A stretch of 64,000 nucleotides of DNA from Eledone cirrhosa (GCA_964016885.1 OZ024748.1:34162001-34226000), one strand, 5' to 3'; counted from the stretch's first letter, positions 40,726 through 54,259 are shown. A program made the numbers and translations. Notes: generated by a model not told the origin, from the sequence alone.

Positions 40726-43700
40726 ATCTGTTCGGACGTCCTTTTTGCTCGCTCCCAGTAAGTCGTTTTATGTGCCTGTTATAATTATTTGTTGTTAAAT
40801 ATTTCTTGTTGTGTAAGGGATATAAGCCCTTCGACTTTGCCCTGTGAAGGGGAAAGTATAATATTTGGGCCTTTTAGCCCAAATATTTGAACTTTTTTAC
40901 ATGTTAGAAAATTTACGGAGAAAAAAAAACATGGCTGAACCACGCCCCCCAGCGATATGTCTGCTGTCGTGCGACAACGACGTAGAAGTTGAGAGGAGCG
41001 CTACAGCGAAATTAACACAAATTGATAACACAAACACCACCACAAACAATGTAAACAAAGACACCAATGATACCAATGAGAACTCTAATTTTGAAAAAAA
41101 TGACAGTAACAGCGACAACGAAAATACAGATAAAAAAAAAATGACAAATGCAACAACAATATCAACACCACTAACATGAAAACAAATAGCGACAACACCA
41201 ACAGCAACAATACCAACTGCACCGAAAACAACGGTGGAAACAAAGACAACAATGATAACAGCGACAGTGATAACAACAATACAAACAAGAACAACGACAA
41301 CGACAACAACACACCCAACGAAAGCAAGAAGAACACTTTCGCTGCGGCAGCAGCAAAAAAGCGGCCATGCTTCAACATGGACCTCTCAAACAAAGATGAA
41401 AAGTTGGCCCAGGCATGGAAGCTCATCAAGCAAGAGCAAACCTGGGCCAACTTAACTGTCCCGGTAGAATCTATTGAGGCAGTGGAGCGCAGAACGGTGC
41501 ATTATTGATGCATCTCAGCACAAACCAACAGGGCAGCTTTAATCCCACAAGAAGATGTCGAAGTCGCGCTGAGGTGCATCAGAGAAGACACCGAATACAT
41601 AGAGAGGGGCAGACAGTACGGCACCATTTCGGTGTTGTTCAAGTCAGAAACCCTCGCTATGAAACACGCTATGACTCCTTGCAATACCAGCAAGGTCATA
41701 ATGTACCCCTCCCACATGGGAAAAAGAACGGCCCGTCTCCGCATTCCCAGAATCCCACCAGGACTTGACATGTGGTGGCTTCTGGGATGTGTGATTGTGG
41801 AGGGGACAGATACCGTCCCTATAGAAGTGACCAGAACGGCGATGGAGGACCGGTCCGGGGTTGACCTGGAGATCCTTCTCCAGATCAGGCCCGAGAATGT
41901 GAAGACAATCCCGGACCACATCCGCCTTCAGAATGGGACGGTCATTCATATTATGACCGAAGGCAAAAGGCCACAGTGTTTTGTTTGTGGGGAAAAAACC
42001 CATTTGCGAGCCTCTGCCCTCAACTGCTGAAAGAGGCAAGGGGTTGAAAGGATCCACTGCTGCCGACGCCGGGGCGAGGACCACAACCAACACCAGCACC
42101 GGCAAAACCAACAACAACAACACCAATAGAAAGACCACCACCAACATTGACCACCCAGGGGGGAAACGAGGAAAGCTGTCAAATTCCCCCTCCCCCCAAA
42201 AATACACACACCAATAAAACCATAAATATACATACAGACACACTTACAGACACAGACCTCTCATCTACCAGTAGTGAAGATGAGGGAAAACCAAAATCCC
42301 CAAAATCCAAAAAAGGAAACACAAAAAGAAAAAAAAAACTCAACAAAGCACAAAATCACCCACAATAAAAAACGCAGACACCACCCACGCAAACATCTCT
42401 CCAATACACCAACATCCACACCACCATCACCATCACCAGAATCCCCCAAACGCAAACAACCTAAACAGACGCAAGAACAAATATAGACACAAACATCTGA
42501 AACCACAGACACCGCACTCACAACAAACACAGACACAACACCACCAAAACCATCACCACCACAGCTACGCAAACCAATAAAATCACACCAACAAAACATA
42601 CAAAACTTCGTGCTCGTCAGGAGGGCCAACAAGGAAATGATGGCCCTCGTAGCACGAAGTGAAAATATACAAAAAGAGGTGGAAATTTTTAAATCGAGCA
42701 CATTTCGCGTGCCAGAAGATTTGGTTCTGGTGCGAATGTCGATCGAATTATACAAAGAAATACGAGACAACTTTCCTCGGGACGTGGGAACCCCGAACGT
42801 AAAACCAACTTCAAGACTTTTAAAGGGGTTCCCAAAAGAAACCCCACCAACTATGGAGTTCGAACAACCCGACCTTCACAAGAGCCCGGAAGGTAAGTAA
42901 ACCTTTCCTCTCTCTCTTTTTAACCTGCCAACATGGCCGTATTAAGAGTAGGATGTTTAAATGTTCGAGGCCTGGGATCGTCCTGGAAGCAGGGTCACCT
43001 GCTCAATGACCTCAGGTCTCTAGAAATGGATATAATTGCCGTCAGCGAGACCAGGATTTCCGACACGCGCGCACTAGCCTCCATTTTCGATGACTATCAG
43101 ATCTTTGCATCTGTTAGCCGGCTGGGAATGGGAGGCGGGGTGGCAGTGCTGTTTAGGAAATGCCTGGATCTCGAGGCAAGGTCGATCTTCCGGGACCCGG
43201 ACGGGAAGTTGGTGGTCCTGGACGTGAACAATAACGAAGGTGGTGCATTTAGACTGGTGGCCGTCTATGCTCCTAATGGGGCAGGACGACCGGACTTCTT
43301 TAGACGCCTGGAAGCCTTTCTGGGCACGTCTCGCCCTTTACTGTTAGCGGGGGACTGGAACGGCATCTTAGACGCACGCTGGGACTGTGTGGGAGTATCC
43401 GATAGGAGCGGGGGGTGCAAAAGCCTCAAGAACCTGATCAGCCAGTTCCAACTGTCTGACAGGTACCGACTAGATTTCCCTTATGCGCCAGTGTGGACCT
43501 GGGCTAACCGCATAGGGTCATCTAGATCGTATATAGACAGGATATTCATTAGGAAAGTAGACAGAAATAGTGTAAGCTGTCCACGTTTTGAAACAGTCGC
43601 CTATTCAGATCACAAGTTTGTGATCTGTATGGTCGACCTAGAAAAGACGCATAGGTTTGGACCTGGTTACTGGAAGCTAAACATGTCATTTCCGGCACGT

Positions 43701-46595
43701 AAAGCTTACAGGGACCAGGTCAACAATTTAGTTAAGAAAAAGTTGACAGGGGGCTCTCAAAAGAGAGATTAGAGTAATGTCGATAGAGTTTAGCAAAGAA
43801 GTAGCGTTAGAGAAAAATAGAAAGGAGGTGGAGTTGGTAGATAAGTTAGACGAGGCTATTGGTAGTGGCATTGCAACTGACGTGCTAGCGGCGAGAATGG
43901 CATTAGACCATTTCTTCAATGCGAAACACGAAGGTTGCATTGTCAGAGCTAAGGCGTGTGCTCTGAGAAACGAGGGAACCAAAGCTGTTCGATGGGCCCG
44001 CGTGGCAGAGGCGCAGCATGGTAATAAAACCACGATTCGGTCTTTGACGGACCGAGACAGACACCAGCTGAGCGATTCCAAGCGGATGTGTGAGGCCTTT
44101 CGCCAACATTTTGCTCGGTTGTTCGGGGGAAGTGGCGGGTCAGAGATGGTGGCGGACTTCAGTCCCTACCTCAATGGCTTGCCGCAACTCTCGACGGCTG
44201 ACGCTGGGCGCTGCGGAAGGCCAATTACTTCAGCAAAGATTCAGGATGCCCTTGTCGGCTGCATGAGGCGCAAGTCACCCGGTTTGGATGGTCTGCCCTA
44301 CGAGCTTTACGTAAATATGCCAGACTTGTTCTCCAATCTCCTCGAAGCCCTCTACTGCAACTGGCAGCAAAACGGGAGTATTCCCAGTTCTGTGAGCCGG
44401 GGCGTAGTGACGCTGTTAAGGAAAGACGAGAACAAGAGGGACACATTAGACAATTTCAAGCCCATAACTCTGCTCAACACAGAGTTTAAGATTTTGGCCA
44501 GTGTGTTAGCGAAGAGGTTGGCGCTTGTTGTCGGGGATTTGGTTGGGGAGGCGCAAATTTGTTCAATCCCAACCAGGTCCATACACGACAACCTCCACCT
44601 AATGCGATACATCATAGAGAGGGTAGGGTGTAAACCTGGCTTCGGTGGGGCTCTGATCAATTTAGATCAATCGAAAGCATTCGATAGGGTCGACCATCGG
44701 TACCTGGAGGCTGTCCTCAAGGCGGCTGGCTTCGGCCCCGTCTTCAGAAGCTGGATCGCTGCACAGCGTCATCTGCTCGATGGTCAAAATTAATGGCCAC
44801 CTCTCGGAACCGTTTCAGGTCTTCCGATCGGTCCGTCAAGGGTGCCCTCTCTCTTCCCTTCTTTACGTATTGACTCTCGAGCCTTTAATGCGGAAGCTGG
44901 AGCTGTTGCAGGGCATCCCGCTCGAACCGGGACGCGGAAAGGCTGTGTCGGCTTATGCGGACGAAATCACCGTGATGGTGTCGGACACCTCAGAAATCGA
45001 AGTGGTCGGCAACTTATTGGAGGAATATGAAAGGTTAACGGGAGCAAATCTTAACCCGGAAAAGTCGGTGGGCTTGCAACTCGGCACCTGGAGAGGCAAG
45101 TCCATGCCGTCCAACAGCGTCGTTAGGCGCTGGACGGACGGACCGGTAAAGTTGCTAGGGTTTGGTTCGGGCCAGACCTCCAGGTGGATAAGAATTGGGA
45201 CGAGGTGACGGGCAGGGTAGCCATTCTCACCCAGAAATGGGCTGGGATGAAGCTATCACTGAAAGGTCGGGCGGAGGTGGCGAACGCGTACATCGCGTCC
45301 GTCATCTACTACCGTCTGACCGTCGTCCCTTACTCCCGTTCGCGCCTCATCATCTTGGAGCGGCTCCTCTTCAAATTCTTGTGGAGGGGTCAGGTTCCGC
45401 TGGTGAGGCCGTCCATCTGCTGCCAGTACCCTCTACGTGGAGGGCTGGGCATGCCGTGGCTAATGATGCGCAGGCACGCGCTGAGGCTGCGGCATCTCCA
45501 GATATTCTTCCTAAACGGTGAACAGGTGTGGTCGCCGTTTGTCAGACGGGCCTTTCCGCAGCTCGTTTCTTTGACTGAGCTGCAGTCCTGGGTCAAGAAG
45601 AGACCGAGACTGGGTGACTGGCATCTGGAATGTTGCCAGGCACTCACTGCCCTCTACCAGGCGGGTAATGCGGTCAGTGGAACCTCCACTCTCGAGTTCT
45701 ATAGAGGATTAGTGGTGGGCAAGTGCGACGACGCACTCGGAGAGACTCTGGTAGTCAACGAAGTCGAACTAACCAGTCTGTACCGGAGGACTTTCGAGCC
45801 GGGGACGATGGATAATTTCCAAAAATCCCTAAACTCTACAGGCACGGAAGTGCTGTCAGATGGACCTGCCGGAGATGCGCGCAGAGCGACGAAACCGTTC
45901 TGTACGCACTCGTCCAGTGTCCATGCATTACTGACTTGTCAAGTTATGTTGAACAGCTGTTGTCGCGTGTAGAACGGATCCGGCTATCGGCCGAGTCCAT
46001 AGTGAAGATTGACTCGCCGCCTTCTTTAGGCCAGGAAGGGCAGGCAATTTTCCTCTGTCTGGTGGCAGTAGCGAAAGAGGTTGTATGGTGGACGTGGTTG
46101 AAAGGACTGAAGACAGACACTTTTCTCTTCGGCCAATCCCTCATCAACTTTTTCAAGTTTCACTTGGAAAGGAAGGTGAGGGTGGAGAGAGAAGTGGTGC
46201 CCCCCCCCCCCCCAGTACATTTGCTGAAAGGTGGGTGAATGTGGCGAGAATGGCCCGTGTGAGTGGGCCTACTCTGGTCATGTGGCTGTAGGTAGGTAAA
46301 TTTGAGGAGGAGAGGGGTGCCCTTCCAGGGTGCTCGCGAAGCGTCGGGTCGTTCAGGATTGGTGGGGTACCTGAGCGAACCCTGAGTAGTCATCCCCCCT
46401 ATTGGGGAATTTTTTCTTGTAATTTTCTTGTTACTTTATTGTTACTTTGTTATTGTTAATTCGTTATTGTTATTCATATTGTTTACTCGATTTTTCTGTA
46501 AAACCCCACTGTCCCAGTCTTTTGTATTGTCCCCTATATGTCGGCCCTTGTGGCCAATAAATGAAATCTTTATTATTATTATTATTATTATTATT
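40726..46595 (+). mobile_element. L1/Tx1-clade LINE copy 4 (divergent subfamily, disrupted)
   Basis: ORF1 from ~40931 with CFVCGEKTHLRA; APE ORF 42933-43772 with YSDH; RT 43777-45208 (QGCPLS, YADE); (ATT)n tail. Confidence 0.92.
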
Positions 46596-46596
46596 G

Positions 46597-47106
46597 TTCT
46601 TTGAGTCACAGTCATTGATGTTATTTAACTGGAAAGTTTGTTGAAATGAATATCAAGCCACTACCTGCAGCCTCAGATATTCAGGACGTATCGGAGGGTT
46701 CTTGCTGTTCCCAGCAAGCATGCCTTTTGAAGGGTTCCAAAAAGCGGGGCAAGACCAATTTTCTTTAACCATCCTTGGAAACTCTTTGAGATAGTACCTA
46801 GTGCGCCTATGACAATCGGGACCACTTTGACTTCGTGGCAGTTCCAAATCCTTTTTACCTCCCACTTTAAGTCCTGGTATCGGTTAATTTTCTCCCTCTC
46901 CTTCTCCTGCACTCTTGTGTCGAATGGGCAGGCCACATCCACAATCAGGCACGATCTTTTTTCCTTGTCCAAAACCATCAGGTCAGGTCTATTGTGTTCC
47001 AATTTCTCGAACGTCTGTTTCCTAAAATCCCACAGCACCTTCATCTGATCGTTTTCTATCACCGACTCTGGCTTATGCTCATACCACTTCTCAGAATGTG
47101 GTAAAT
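46597..47106 (-). mobile_element. 3' fragment of an R4/Dong-like non-LTR element (restriction-like endonuclease)
   Basis: KWYEHKP..VLWDF..HNRPDL..IVDVACP..EKINRYQDL..VVPIVIGALG; flanked on both sides by (TAA)n. Confidence 0.85.
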
Positions 47107-47797
47107 TATTATTATTATTATTATTATTATTATTTATGACTGACTTGGAAAGACGTGTGATTGTGGGCCCCAATGGGCTTGTTGTTTTAAGTTTTAACCT
47201 ATTATTTATTAAATTGTTTTTGTTTCAAGGGGGCATAAGACCCAGCAACAACAGCAACTGATAACCGCGGTGAAATTGGAATATCTGAAATAATGGTTTC
47301 TGTCGAACTATAATGGAGGAGGGAAAGTTGATTATATCGACCCCAGTGCATTACTGGTAATTTATTTTATCGACAATAGCATCAATGCTCATCTTAATGA
47401 TGCTATATGTCTATAATTCTCATCGGGAAAAAAGGTGGCGTCTATGTGTCCCGAATCCTCATCCGACTCGGAAGCTCATCCACCACAGTCGTGAAATATT
47501 GTCACCAAGGTGACCAAGGAATCCCTTCTACCTCCAATTTTAAGAGTGATCCTTCTCCTTGACAGACTGCCAACCATAATTAATAAGTTCTTTCTATCCG
47601 CATTGGATGGCTGTTGACTCTAGTTCTTCCACCCTTTTACAAGAACGGTGACAGGGGTTGTATATGTGTGTGTGTGTCTGTGTGTGTGTGTGTGTGTGTG
47701 AAGGTAAATGGATGTGAATGGAGGAGGAGGAGGAAGAGAAAGAAGAATGGATTATAAGTGTTAGTGAGAGTGTAGTGAGGTGAAAAAGTTCAATTGC

Positions 47798-47836
<39 letters not shown>

Positions 47837-48177
47837 GAGACTGTGATATGAAGAAAATATGGTGATGATGATGACGAGGATGATGATGACAGATAGAGAG
47901 ATAGAGACAAAATATATATATATATATAGAGGGACAAATGGTGTGAGAGATCAATAGATGTGAAAAATCGATATTTATGAAATGTTTCGATGAATATAAG
48001 AGTCATATGTCAGATTGGATTTCAGACGAAACATCTTTAACGATTTCTTCACCCGTATGACATATGTTTGTGTATGTGAGTGTGTCAGTGTGTGTGTGTG
48101 GGGGGGGGGGGTGTATGTCTGTATGCCTGTGTGTATGTGTGTGCCTGCCTGGAATTTATGAGTATGTCAGTGTATAT

Positions 48178-48280
<103 letters not shown>

Positions 48281-49367
48281 TTCTTATATACATGTATACA
48301 AGCATGTTCGTGGGGGGCAGCAGGAGTATATATTTATAGTTATTTTCACCTCTCCAATATAGCTTTATTAGTTTAATAAGTTCAGACTGAGATCAATATT
48401 AGTCAGTGATCAATTGGAAATGATCGGAGAGAACTGAATTCTGTATTTCTCGAATTACGGTCGAATGCTTTTACTATTGAACTATATATATATATATATA
48501 TACTTGTATAGACATATACATATATACATACATACACAGATATATACATACATACACACATATATACATACACCCATATATACATACATACACACATATA
48601 TACATACATACTATTGAACTATATATATATATATACTTGTATAGACATATACATATATACATACATACACCCATATATACATACATACACACATATATAC
48701 ATACATAGCACACGTATATACAAACATACATACATACATCGAGTGATGGTGGTGAAGATGGTAAGGGCATTAATGTTTAGGTGGGTGGTGTATAGCAGGG
48801 GGTGGTTTAAAGTAAATTTACTTTAGATGTTTTATCTTAACACAGGAGAAAGATGTAGAGATGGGTGATAGTGGTGGGAGAAGAAAGAGGAAGGGAGAAA
48901 GAGAGGTATTGTAGTGAGAGGAGTAAGTAGAGCTATGCGGACAGAGTAATGTGTAGGAGGGAGGGTGGTTTGATGTGAGCTTGTAGCAGAGAGAGGATTG
49001 TGAAGTTTGATGGTGTAAGATAGAGATAAAAAGTGTCACAGAAGGAAAGGTAGGGAGGTACGGAGGGAGGTGACTGTGTACATCTATAGTTCTCGTACAT
49101 TAATACATACTGGGAGGGAAGCAGAGGGGAGATTCCCCCTCCCCCCAATAATTATATTTCGCCCCAACTACATCTATTAGGATATGTGCTACAATTTATG
49201 TACATGTTATGTTTATCGCATGTCGAAGTTTTTCTGACCAGTTTACAGTGCAAAGAGCTAAACTATTCACTACAATTAAATTGTCCAAATTTGCTCACCT
49301 CCACTCATTCAGAAATGCTTCCACTGCCCCTATATATATATATATACATATATACATACATATATAT

Positions 49368-50340
49368 ATACAAGTAAATATAAATTAATATATATGATGA
49401 AACACAAATACCAACATATCTGTGTTTATATTGTAAAAGAAATTAAGTTAGCTAGAATGAAATATACTAATTATAATATTACAGTTTGCCTATCTCGATT
49501 TAAAATAATAAATCAATACAAACAAACAGTATTGGCAAATGGCCATGGTGTTTAGACAAATTTAAATTTCAAAATCAAACCTGTTCCGTAGATAAGTTTA
49601 AACTTTAAAATCCAAATATGTTTCGAGATGAATAAGTGTAAGCATATCATGTCCAGCTCACATCAGTAAACACCCTGAACAAATTGATATGCTTCACTTC
49701 TAAATATTTTAAAAGACTGTTTAACGCACATAGTTTAACACATGGTTTTCCAGTTTCTAGCCAGCCTCATACTCGTACTGCTAGAAATAACAGCCGTATA
49801 TATGGGGCTACTATCAGCTCAACGTAAGGAGCAATTATATTAAGTGTATTGAGTTCAAAACTCAAGCATTCCTTTACAATGAAATAGCTCAATGAAATAG
49901 CGTTAAACAGTCTTTTAAAATATTTAGAAGTGAAGCATATCAATTTGTTCAGGGTGTTTACTGATGTGAGCTGGACATGATATCCTTACACTTATTCATC
50001 TGAAACATATTTGGATTTTAAAGTTTAAACTTATCTACGGAACAGGTTTGATTTTGAATTTTAAATTTGTCTAAACACCATGGCCATTTGCCAATACTGT
50101 TTGTTTTTATTGGTTTATTATTTTAAATCGAGATAGGCAAACTGTAATATTATAATTAGTATATTTCATTCTAGCTAACTTAATTTCTTTTACAATATAA
50201 ACACAGATATGTTGGTATTTGTGTTTCATCATATATATTAATTTATATTTACTTGTATTATACGGATCAGAAATATTTCTTTCTTTGATCTATTTCATTG
50301 TAAAGGAATGCTTGAGTTTTGAACTCAATACACTTAATAC
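49368..50340. mobile_element. Fold-back pLTR element (family J) in (TA)n
   Basis: Arms ~49368-49727 and ~49899-50258; extra inverted piece 49838-49887/50288-50339. Confidence 0.85.
49953..50079 (+). ncRNA. Hammerhead-like motif with CUGAUGU core and long stems II and III (copy 49547-49674 -)
   Basis: Perfect 8 bp stem I ggtgttta/taaacacc flanking CTGATGT..GAAACA....TGTC. Confidence 0.6.
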
Positions 50341-50373
<33 letters not shown>

Positions 50374-50386
50374 CATATATATATAT

Positions 50387-51400
50387 AATCGAATAAGTAA
50401 AAGCGAAGTAGTTTCAGATGTTCAAGTCCTTTAATAATAATGCTGTGATATATATTTCAATGACGACACTGGCCACACTGTTCTGTGTGCGAGTGTCGTG
50501 ACATCATCAGACAGCTTGTTACATAATAAGGTTGAACCATGTGGTTTGTCATGTGGTTTGCCCTCCGTTATAATGTACGGCACTGCCGTTCAATATCTGT
50601 AACACTAGAATCCCTCCCAGAACATATTACTTAAACATCTCTCTCCATACTATTTACTCACTTTAATCTATATCTTTACTTAATCCGAATTATCACCTGA
50701 AAAAAATTTTTGAATTCAGAATTTTTGAATTCTTTATTGTTTAATTTATAATCTCTGATATTTGATTTAGGATTTTAACTTTTAATTTTAATTTTTATTC
50801 CCAACTCTCACTCTTAACTTACTATGTAAAACCATAGTACCTAGAATTAAGTTTATTTTCCCTTATGAGTTGATGGTCAGTCTTACTGTCAACGCTTAGT
50901 GAAAGGTAGTATTATGACCTATAAAAACTAACACCCTCCCATCCCCTCTGGCTTTCGGCTGACTGCCACAGTAGCGATAGGTAGCAGTAAACTTTGGCAA
51001 GGCATAGGTGGGCCACTGACAGCGAATTTCGTTGAAATCTGCGGTGCTAATGGTCAACTTCCTTCGGGCATGCGCTTGCGCAGACCGGTGGGGGTGAATT
51101 GGTACTCACAAGGGAACGGATGAAAAACCCAAAAGCACGAACTTCATCCGTTCCCATGTCGATTCAATTTGGATTGCCTCGGAAACAACCTTATTATGTA
51201 ACAAGCTGTCTGATGATGTCACGACACTCGCACACAGAACAGTGTGGCCAGTGTCGTCATTGAAATATATATCACAGCATTATTATTAAAGGACTTGAAC
51301 ATCTGAAACTACTTCGCTTTTAATTATTCGATATTTACTCCGTCACTCCTATGTGGAAAAAGTACGTTGAGTGCTTGATTGAATTGCATCAATGTTTACC
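50387..51400. mobile_element. Fold-back pLTR element (family K), ~145 bp arms around ~650 bp unique spacer
   Basis: 50387-50533 is the reverse complement of 51187-51331; (TA)n on both sides. Confidence 0.85.
51205..51278 (+). ncRNA. Type I hammerhead (family K; copy 50442-50515 -)
   Basis: gctgt-CTGATGA-long stem II (acgacact..cacac/gtgtg..agtgtcgt)-GAAA-tatata-TC-acagc. Confidence 0.8.
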
Positions 51401-51449
<49 letters not shown>

Positions 51450-54090
51450 CAAGAAAGAAGAGTGACATGGTTCGCTATACAATAAGGGCTTTATTCACAT
51501 TGCCTCTTTGATCTGGTAGGTCTAGAGTTCGCTACCCGCCTGATTTTGAGACAATCGATCTCCAATACTTTGTTTATAACCAGTCGTTTTCATCAGAGCA
51601 CGCGAAATGAAGAAGATACACAAGGCATGGCTTTTATATAGGAGTGGTATTAAACCAGAACAATAATATCAATAATAAAATAAAATAACTAGATAGTAAG
51701 TAGTTAAAATAATTGTTTCTATTTTAGGCACAAGGCCAGCAATTACCCAGTGCATTACTGGTACTTTATTTTATCGACCCCGTAAGGATGAAAGGCAAAG
51801 TCAACCTCGGCGGGATTTGAACTCAGATCGTAAAGGGACGTAACTATGCTGGAAAGCATGGCGTCCGACTCTCTACCGATACTGCCAATCCACCGCCCTC
51901 AGTAAGTAGTTAAAATAATAACATCAATATAAGTAAGAAATAGAGTATAATGATGAATCTAGCATGTTAAACGAACTGATATGATACAGATGTATGAAAT
52001 TGACATGTGAAAACTGCTATAGGGTACATTAGATATAGTGTTAAGGTGGCGGCGAGATAACAGTAACAACTAAAATGTACATGGAGACAGGATTTATGAG
52101 GTATCTGCTTTGCTGTAGGTATGCTGGCAATAAACCGGAGATTTACTTATTGTTTGACAGATAAACATTTTCGTTGCATTAATTTAGTGAGAATGATAGT
52201 TTTTATGTTGTGTTAAGTGGTTGTAGATTCGTTATTTAAGTGGCCTATACTAAAGGTAGGGATTGTTAGTTCGAATCATGGGGGTTTAGTTTTCACAGCA
52301 TCAATAACAAATCGTGTATAAATAAGACAATAATAACAACAATAATAGAAACAATAAAGGTAATAAAATAGTAAATTATGCATGGTAGATATATAGAACA
52401 TGATGAATAATATTAGGGATACATTGAGATGTTCATAATAATAATAAGAATAATAATAAGAGGAAAGTAAGATTTCAAGGAGTGTATGAGTAGTAAGATA
52501 ATGTACTTAGAATTAAGTTCATCTGTTAGAGATCATGAGTGTTCATGTGAGATATAATTGTTTGGTCCGAAGGAGTGAACAACAGCAAAGATGGGATTGA
52601 TTTAGGGGCTGATAAGATAGTTGTAGACATTACTGCCACATCCCAGTGGTATAGAATTAGGGAGGCTAGAAGGTGTGTATAGAAGATTATGGTTCTGTAG
52701 TGGGCTGTGTGAGAAGGCGGATTTCATATGTTAAAAGATCAATATTGTTGGTTCGAATCACGGTGGTTTAAATCTCGCGAATTTTGTAGCAATCCTATAT
52801 CTGCAGAAAATTGACCTTTCTATTTTGCTGTTGAGTAGCATTTTATCGTTCTTTAAGATATGCAGCAATTCAAGGTTGCAGAGCCCGCAGTGGGACATAC
52901 CGCTGCTATATGCCTTTGCGGCCGCCAATTTCGACCAGCTAATATTGTAATCAAGGTTTTTGTCCTTAAGTTGCCAGATTTTATTGGCGAGGGTTATAGA
53001 ATTTACCAGTGCACGGTTCTTCATTGAATGCCTGTGCACATACCATCTTTTTTTTTATAACACCCGCGGTGGATCCAATGTAGTGCCAAGTGGAGTTGCC
53101 CGAGTTTACAGTACACATGTACACTAGGCTCGAATCAAGGAAACTATTCGCTAATGGGCACTTATCCGGTAGGTGACAGTTGTAGTTCGAGGTATTACTC
53201 TGTGCAGCTTTCAATTGCGGTTTTGCAAACTGTTATATGTGGGTTGTGATTCATGCCTATTGAAGTTTTGCTGTGGTGCGTTCATGTGCGTTTGTGGTTG
53301 TGATACGGTAATGTGTTTGTGTTTAGTGTTTGGTGCTATGTTGCGTATAGGTGGGATACCTTTCCTAGAGATATTCTTGTGGTTGATCTTGCGTATGTGC
53401 GAGTCAATATTGGCAGCTTTAGTGTATGAGAGTTTTATAGTTTTTTCTATTGAAGATTTTATGATATTTATGCGATATAGGGAAGTGCTTATCTATTAGT
53501 TTAAAAAACGTAGAAGGCAGTCTAGGTAGAGGAGTTGAAGATTGGATTAAACCATAGGTATTTTCTTTCTCTAGTTCTATAGTTTCTAGGATTTACATTA
53601 TTCGTGTTCGGTCCTCCTACTCTAGGTGCTTCTTGCCTAGTTCTATGTCCAGTCTGGTTACCTTTATTTTTGTATGAGCGGTTGGTGTCGGTGTTAATGG
53701 GTTTGTTTGTGTTGTCCTTATCCGTTATAAACTTTGTGTCCAGCCCTATGTAATGCTGCGTTATAATAGTTAGCATGTTCTTTAAAAATTTCTTGGTTTG
53801 AGGATAAGCGGGTTATTCTAAGGGATATACTACGTGCTATGGATTTAATTATGGATCGGGGATGGTTTGACTTATAACTAATGTAGGCTAGATTCTCATT
53901 ATTTTTATGGAAGGTTTTTTGAAGAATGGTCTAATGGTTTTTCGTAATCTTTCCATGCTCTGGTTATTTAAGTTCGTAGCTATAAGGAGCGTGTCATCTC
54001 TATAAATCCCTCCTTGGAGGTTATTAAATTCGGAGTACTCTAACTAGACTACATCTAAGTGGACTGCCTATAACGATAACCTGTTATCCC
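51450..54090 (-). mobile_element. Penelope-like element, 5'-truncated, long 3' UTR, inverted tail at 54030-54090
   Basis: GGIYRDD near 54000; ERKYLWFNP; LVYMCTV..WHYIGST; CGLCNLE. 54030-54090 is the reverse complement of 58127-58180. Confidence 0.85.
51714..51900 (-). mobile_element. Full-length tRNA-derived SINE with 19 bp TSD, nested in PLE 3' UTR
   Basis: Near-identical to 31791-31977; TSD agtaagtagttaaaataat at 51695-51713 and 51901-51919. Confidence 0.9.
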
Positions 54091-54092
54091 GT

Positions 54093-54178
<86 letters not shown>

Positions 54179-54259
54179 TATATATATATATACATACATA
54201 CATACATATATATACATACATATACATTAATACATATGCATGTATGTATGTATGCAAGT

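Noticed and set aside
25447-46393. Long minus-strand ORFs over the LINE array
   Set aside because: Antisense shadows of GC-rich or A/C-skewed LINE coding sequence with no recognisable motifs.
48795-49331. Possible MITE with caggggggtgg/ccactgccccta ends
   Set aside because: Terminal match is too short and degenerate to support from this window alone.
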